Assembly: GCA_045591265.1 (NCBI GenBank)
Contig: JAZNSQ010000003.1
Coordinates: forward strand, 20,150-84,149
Length of the DNA stretch: 64,000 nucleotides
Direction of reading: 5' to 3'
DNA from: Clostridia bacterium
GTDB lineage: Bacteria > Bacillota > Clostridia > UMGS1883
The notes below the pieces were generated by a model, which was given only the letters and a program-made list of their open reading frames with translations, searched no databases and was not told where the DNA came from. Made by a program: the position numbers and the translations under genes. Within the stretch, counting starts at the first letter, position 1, and each line of letters begins with the position of its first letter. Of the stretch, positions 59,101 to 64,000 are shown piece by piece.

Positions 59101-61152
59101 ATGATAAAAATGATGAAACCTGATATAGTTAAAATTGAATCTATAAAGGGAATCGGTAGTGCCAGGGCGAAACAACTTAATCGCCTTGGCATTTATACTA
59201 TTTATGATTTGCTTACCTATTTTCCAAGAGATTTTGAGGACCGAAGAAAGGTGTCTTCAATTTTCTCTCTTGAAAACGGTGACATAGCGTGCGTAAACGG
59301 AATTGTTGTATCTCCTCCGAAGGAGTACCATGTGTCAAAAGCTATGACATACTATAAGCTCCAAATCCGCGATGACTCTGGCTTAATGACTTGTACTTTC
59401 TTTAATAACAAGTACATAAAGGATGCATTTCGTGTAGGGCTTTCTTATACATTTTATGGGAAAGTAAATGTAACAAGGGGCAAAAAGGATATGACAAGCC
59501 CTGTGTTTGAAATTTCATCACAATTTGAGTTTACAAAGCGTATTGTGCCGGTATATCCCCTTACAAGCGGGATTACGCAAAAATTCCTGGCACGGATTAT
59601 AAAAGACGCATACACAAAGTACGCACACCTTTTAACTGACCCTATTCCCACAAGCATTTTAAGGGAGCATAATCTTTGCCCCCTTGACTTTGCAATAAAG
59701 AACATTCATTTTCCGCAGGACGAAAAAAGTCTTGAGATTGCAAAAAAACGGCTTGTTTTTGAGGAGTTCTTTTTGCTTTGCACCTCTCTTCAAAAAATGA
59801 AGTCATCGGCTTCGGATTACAAAGGCATTATTATTAAAGATACCGATTTAGATGATTTCCTTTCACTTCTCCCCTTTTCTCTTACAAATGCGCAGAAAAG
59901 GGTGCTTGATGAGATAAAACAAGACATTTCGTCAGGCAAAATGATGAACAGGCTCGTACAAGGTGATGTTGGCAGCGGAAAAACAATTCTTGCAGCAGCG
60001 TGTATGCACCTTTGTGCTAAAAACAATTTTCAGTCTGCTATGATGGCACCCACAGAAGTCCTTGCAAAACAGCACTATAACTCACTTTCCCCTATTTTTG
60101 AAAAATTGAATATTAGATGTGCACTTCTTACGGGAAGTACGCCCCAGAAAGAGAAAAAGCTTATCTACGAAGGTCTTTCTGATGGAAGCATACATATAAT
60201 TTTCGGCACACATGCACTTATTACAGATAAAGTGGTATTTTCAAACCTTGCTCTGGCAATAACGGATGAACAACACCGCTTCGGTGTAAGGCAACGTGGT
60301 ATGCTGACAGAAAAAGGTAAGCACGCACACACCCTTGTTATGACCGCAACACCCATTCCAAGAAGTCTTGCACTTATTCTTTACGGGGATATGGATATAT
60401 CGATTGTTGACGAGCTTCCTCCCGGAAGAAAGGAAATAGATACCTTCTGTGTCGGCGAGGATATGCGTGATAGAATAAATAATTTTATAAGGCGTGAGGT
60501 TTCGGAGGAAAATCAGGTCTATATTGTATGCCCTGCAGTTGAGGAAGGCGAAACGCCATCTATAAAAAGCGCGCAGGAGGTTTATAAAGAACTTTCCGAA
60601 AAGGTATTCCCCGATATTTCTATGGGACTTATCTTTGGTAAAATGAAGCCAAAAGAAAAGGAAAGCGTTATGGCTGATTTTGCGGGCGGAAAAACTAAGA
60701 TTTTAGTTTCCACAACAGTTATTGAGGTTGGGGTAAATGTCCCAAACGCGACCTTAATGATTATAGAAAACGCGGAGAGATTTGGACTTAGTCAGCTTCA
60801 CCAGCTTCGCGGACGCGTTGGAAGAGGAAAAGAAAAAAGCTACTGCATTTTGTTTTGTTCTTCTTTTTCCGATGAAATAAAAAAACGTATGGAAATAATG
60901 ATAAAAAGCGAAAACGGATTTGAAATATCTGAAGTTGACCTGTCACTTCGCGGACCGGGTGACTTTTTTGGCACGCGTCAGCACGGCATTCTTACTTTTA
61001 AAATAGCGAGTCTTGCCAATGATATGAACGTTTTAAAGGAGAGCTTGAAAGCTTCTGAAAAGCTCTTTTCAGAGGACAAAAACCTTGAAAAAGAAGAAAA
61101 CTTTTATATTTGCCAGTATGTTAATGAGACGATAGATAAACTAAATTTATAA
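59101..61152 (+). CDS. recG: ATP-dependent DNA helicase RecG.
   Basis: Wedge domain and helicase motifs GDVGSGKT, DEQHRFG and QLRGRVGRG, 683 aa. Confidence 0.95.
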   Translation: MIKMMKPDIVKIESIKGIGSARAKQLNRLGIYTIYDLLTYFPRDFEDRRKVSSIFSLENGDIACVNGIVVSPPKEYHVSKAMTYYKLQIRDDSGLMTCTFFNNKYIKDAFRVGLSYTFYGKVNVTRGKKDMTSPVFEISSQFEFTKRIVPVYPLTSGITQKFLARIIKDAYTKYAHLLTDPIPTSILREHNLCPLDFAIKNIHFPQDEKSLEIAKKRLVFEEFFLLCTSLQKMKSSASDYKGIIIKDTDLDDFLSLLPFSLTNAQKRVLDEIKQDISSGKMMNRLVQGDVGSGKTILAAACMHLCAKNNFQSAMMAPTEVLAKQHYNSLSPIFEKLNIRCALLTGSTPQKEKKLIYEGLSDGSIHIIFGTHALITDKVVFSNLALAITDEQHRFGVRQRGMLTEKGKHAHTLVMTATPIPRSLALILYGDMDISIVDELPPGRKEIDTFCVGEDMRDRINNFIRREVSEENQVYIVCPAVEEGETPSIKSAQEVYKELSEKVFPDISMGLIFGKMKPKEKESVMADFAGGKTKILVSTTVIEVGVNVPNATLMIIENAERFGLSQLHQLRGRVGRGKEKSYCILFCSSFSDEIKKRMEIMIKSENGFEISEVDLSLRGPGDFFGTRQHGILTFKIASLANDMNVLKESLKASEKLFSEDKNLEKEENFYICQYVNETIDKLNL

Positions 61153-61168
61153 TCATTATACTTACAAT

Positions 61169-61197
61169 AAATGGAGCATCTGCTCCATTTATTTTTT
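61169..61197 (+). terminator. Rho-independent terminator after recG.
   Basis: aatggagcatctgctccatt hairpin followed by attttttat. Confidence 0.65.
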
Positions 61198-61250
61198 ATG
61201 GACAAATTTATAATCCTATTGTATAATAAAAATATAAATGAGGTGTTATT

Positions 61251-64000
61251 ATGAAAAAAAGGTTTCTTTCCTGTTTCATTTTAATATTGATATTTTTAAG
61301 TTTCTTTTCTTTAAGCGCCTTTTCCGAGACGGCTTTGTTTTACTATGGCTTTGAATATGAGGATGAGGCTTTTTTATGGAACGGCGCTTTTTATGACGAA
61401 AGTGCCGCGTTTAGCGGGGAAAGCGGCATCATTGTTCAAAACCCGCTTGGCGAGGTTAAGGACGGAAAAGTTACAAACGTATTGGAGTATAACGATAAAA
61501 TCACGCTTGAGGCAGGGAAATTCTACACCCTCTCGGGCTATGTTTTAAACCCCGAGGAAGAGCATTTTTCAAGCATCAGATGTAATACCTCGCTTGGCGC
61601 AGGCAACTCATCTGTTTTTATAACCGTTTCTGGTGCAAATTCCGAGTGGGCTGAATTTAATGTTACTTTCTATGCAACGCACAGCGGGGAGTTTGATCTT
61701 TCCATTTACTTTGAAAATACGTCAGACGTAATCGGTGCATTTGTAGATGAAATCGTGCTTTATGAGGAAGACTGCTTTATCTCTTCGATAGGGCTTATCG
61801 GTGCTGAAAAAATAACTATTCCGTCATATGACTCCGTTACGGAAAACTATACTCCATATATTTTAACTTCAAATTCAAAAAAGGCACTGCTTCTTTCAAA
61901 TGATGTACTTATAAGCTCTGTCGATAACTATGAAGGTGTTTATTTTAATCCGTCAAATATGACGCTTACAGTTTCTCCAAATGCCCCCGCAAACACACAG
62001 ATAAATATTAATTTTGCGCTGGTTGATGGAGGTTACCCACACCCTCATTCATTTGAAGTTTTTCTTACAAATAATCTGATTTTGGATTCAGCGCTTGACG
62101 GGGATATTTTAAGTGACTGGTCAGGCACAAATTTAGAAGCTTATTATACGGAGGAAAACAATTATCTTTCAGTAGATGCCAACGAATACACCGATTCAGG
62201 CTATGTTGCGCTTCTTGAGTACAACACTCCCCAGCTTTTGATTGAGGGAAGTATGTATGTTTTGCACGCTAAAGTCAAAAGCACCTCTCCTGAAGCAACT
62301 ACAGTTTTCGAGGTTAACTCCTCCCTTGAGGGTGACGGCTCTGTTTTTTATATGGTAAATAACAGTGCGGGAGAAAACTGGCATGATGTTTTTGCATCCT
62401 TCATTCCCGATGTAAGCGGAATTTATACGATAGACGTTCTTTTTAAGTCCAATTATGACTGCACAATTTATGTAGACGACATTATGCTTTGCGCAGAATC
62501 CCTTATGCCTACACAGGTAACTTTGCATGCACCCGGAAACATCACCATTCCGGATGAAAAAACTCTCTATCCTGCTATGGCATATGTACGTGACCAGCTT
62601 GGGGATATAATCTCGGAGGATTTGGATATATCGCTTTCGATTGAGAACGAATCGGTGTACTATGATTACAATTCCTCTTCAATTGTTGTTATGCCCGATG
62701 CTATTGAGGGTGAATATATCTTAAGTGCCAGATATGAAAATCTCTATTCCGAAATAGCAATATCTCTAAGCCACGACTTTATAGGTGATGGCACTTTTGA
62801 GAAAAAAGCAGTTAACGAATGGTGGGTTGCATCCTCCCCTTATATGCTTAATTTCAGGATTGCAGATAACGGCAATAAATACGCGCACGTTGACTGTGCA
62901 GGTGAGTATTTTGCACTTCTTAATAACTCTTACATTCATTTAATGGAAAAGGGCGCTTATGTTTTCAGGGGCAATTTTTCAGCATCGCGCAATGTAACAG
63001 TTACCGTATTTTTAGATACTCTTCAAAATGAGGTTATTCCCCTCGCGCAGTTTAGCGTGCAGGGTGGAGAAACACTTGATATGACTACCCTTCCCCAGCT
63101 TTTCCTTTCCGAATCAAATTCTGTCGGTAGACTTATGTTTTACTGCCAGTCAGACAGCGGGGATGATTTCTCGGTTTCCTTTGATAATTTAGTTATGAAA
63201 AAGGCTTCCATACTCGTTTCCGCGCCATATATAAGCGGTGACCTTTACGTAAACGGTGCAGGATACGCCAATTTTGGTTTTTATAACAGTGTATCGGGAA
63301 ACAGTGACACTTCTTCATGCGTTATAAACTGGTATGTGTCAGATAACCCCTATGGTGAATGGACACAGCTTTCTGAAAGCAGCCGCTACATTTATTTTGA
63401 CACTTCTTTTAAAGATAAATATGTTTATTTTGACGTGACACCCGTTTGTCCGATAACCGGCTTTTCGGGAGACACATTAAAATCAGGCGCTGTAAAAATT
63501 ATGGTTTATGATGAAGAATATCCCCCTGAAGAAAGCGTCCCGCCTTCTCTTGAAGACACCACAAACAAATATCCCTTCAGCGATATACAAACCCATTGGG
63601 CAAAGGATTATATTTTGTATCTTTATGATGAAGGTATTGTAAACGGAAAGTATGAAAATGCTTTTGCACCGCAGGACTTTGTTACACGCGCTGAAATTGC
63701 AAAGCTTATCTGCACCGCGTTTAAAATTCCTTTAAACATTACTGACAACTACTTTAATGATGTTAATAAAGACGACTGGTTTTCGCCTTATGTAAATGCA
63801 CTTTATAAATATTCCATAACAAAAGGCGCGGGAGACGGCATGTATCTTCCCAATCAGCCTATCACGAGGGAGGAGCTTTCTACACTTCTAATAAGACTAT
63901 ACGAAAAGGAATACGGGGTTATCTCCGATTTTAATGATTCTTCCTTTTACGATTTTCACCTCATAAGCTCATGGGCGCAGGAGGCGGTCAATAAAGCCGT
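61251..64000 (+). CDS. Large secreted cell-surface protein with three CBM-like (galactose-binding-like) modules and C-terminal SLH domains; 3'-partial, continuing beyond the window.
   Basis: My own translation from ATG 61251 shows an open frame to the window end. It is absent from the ORF track because there is no stop in the window. Signal peptide MKKRFLSCFILILIFLSFFSLSAFS. Three repeats of about 150 aa, each ending in a ...IYVDDIML-like motif. SLH motifs FSDIQTHWAKDYILYLYDEGIVNG...FVTRAEIAKLI, FNDVNKDDWFSPYVNAL...ITREELSTLL and FYDFHLISSWAQEAVNKA. Confidence 0.75.
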   Translation, partial: MKKRFLSCFILILIFLSFFSLSAFSETALFYYGFEYEDEAFLWNGAFYDESAAFSGESGIIVQNPLGEVKDGKVTNVLEYNDKITLEAGKFYTLSGYVLNPEEEHFSSIRCNTSLGAGNSSVFITVSGANSEWAEFNVTFYATHSGEFDLSIYFENTSDVIGAFVDEIVLYEEDCFISSIGLIGAEKITIPSYDSVTENYTPYILTSNSKKALLLSNDVLISSVDNYEGVYFNPSNMTLTVSPNAPANTQININFALVDGGYPHPHSFEVFLTNNLILDSALDGDILSDWSGTNLEAYYTEENNYLSVDANEYTDSGYVALLEYNTPQLLIEGSMYVLHAKVKSTSPEATTVFEVNSSLEGDGSVFYMVNNSAGENWHDVFASFIPDVSGIYTIDVLFKSNYDCTIYVDDIMLCAESLMPTQVTLHAPGNITIPDEKTLYPAMAYVRDQLGDIISEDLDISLSIENESVYYDYNSSSIVVMPDAIEGEYILSARYENLYSEIAISLSHDFIGDGTFEKKAVNEWWVASSPYMLNFRIADNGNKYAHVDCAGEYFALLNNSYIHLMEKGAYVFRGNFSASRNVTVTVFLDTLQNEVIPLAQFSVQGGETLDMTTLPQLFLSESNSVGRLMFYCQSDSGDDFSVSFDNLVMKKASILVSAPYISGDLYVNGAGYANFGFYNSVSGNSDTSSCVINWYVSDNPYGEWTQLSESSRYIYFDTSFKDKYVYFDVTPVCPITGFSGDTLKSGAVKIMVYDEEYPPEESVPPSLEDTTNKYPFSDIQTHWAKDYILYLYDEGIVNGKYENAFAPQDFVTRAEIAKLICTAFKIPLNITDNYFNDVNKDDWFSPYVNALYKYSITKGAGDGMYLPNQPITREELSTLLIRLYEKEYGVISDFNDSSFYDFHLISSWAQEAVNKA

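Noticed and set aside
61345-61548. 67-aa plus-strand ORF listed in the ORF track.
   Set aside because: It lies out of frame inside the long SLH/CBM surface-protein ORF (61251 to past 64000) that I translated myself, so it is a spurious overlapping ORF.
1-64000. CRISPR arrays, rRNA or tRNA genes.
   Set aside because: I found no regularly spaced direct repeats or cloverleaf-like GC-rich segments of 70-90 nt in the short intergenic regions. The longest gaps (27454-27640, 32704-32900, 40262-40418, 41727-41875) read as promoter and terminator DNA.

Overview
This 64-kb window is AT-rich, low-GC Firmicutes chromosome of Clostridia type. The sporulation gene spoIIR and a cell-surface protein carrying S-layer homology (SLH) domains fit an endospore-forming member of the Eubacteriales. 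Most of the window is densely packed, conserved housekeeping DNA: folD C-terminus, an orphan type IIA topoisomerase B subunit, pgcA, trmL, comEA, tlyA, dxs, rqcH, the ftsE-ftsX-M23 peptidase-ctpA envelope cluster, cdaA-cdaR, radA, pgsA, rimO, recX, hemW, lepA, nfo, ispE, spoIIR, trmB, a yhaO/yhaN-like nuclease-ATPase pair, asp23-yloV-recG, and the 5' end of a large SLH/CBM surface protein. The region from about 30.86 to 43.6 kb looks accessory. It begins just after cdaR, where the expected glmM is missing, with a lone large serine recombinase. It carries a sugar-metabolism cluster with no transporter: a signal-less SGNH/CE2-like esterase, a frameshifted AraC regulator, a large glycoside hydrolase, a FucI/AraA-family isomerase, a PocR-AraC regulator, a TIM-barrel sugar-phosphate isomerase/epimerase, a DegT-family aminotransferase and a ROK regulator. 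It is bracketed by two paralogous, unrecognised cysteine-rich small proteins (131 and 164 aa), one of which is tightly coupled to the recombinase. These two proteins, the orphan recombinase module and the unusual DegT/IolE-like/FucI-like enzyme set are the main candidates for undescribed biology. No rRNA, tRNA or CRISPR array was recognised. Several clear Rho-independent terminators and a 35-bp perfect palindromic operator are visible.
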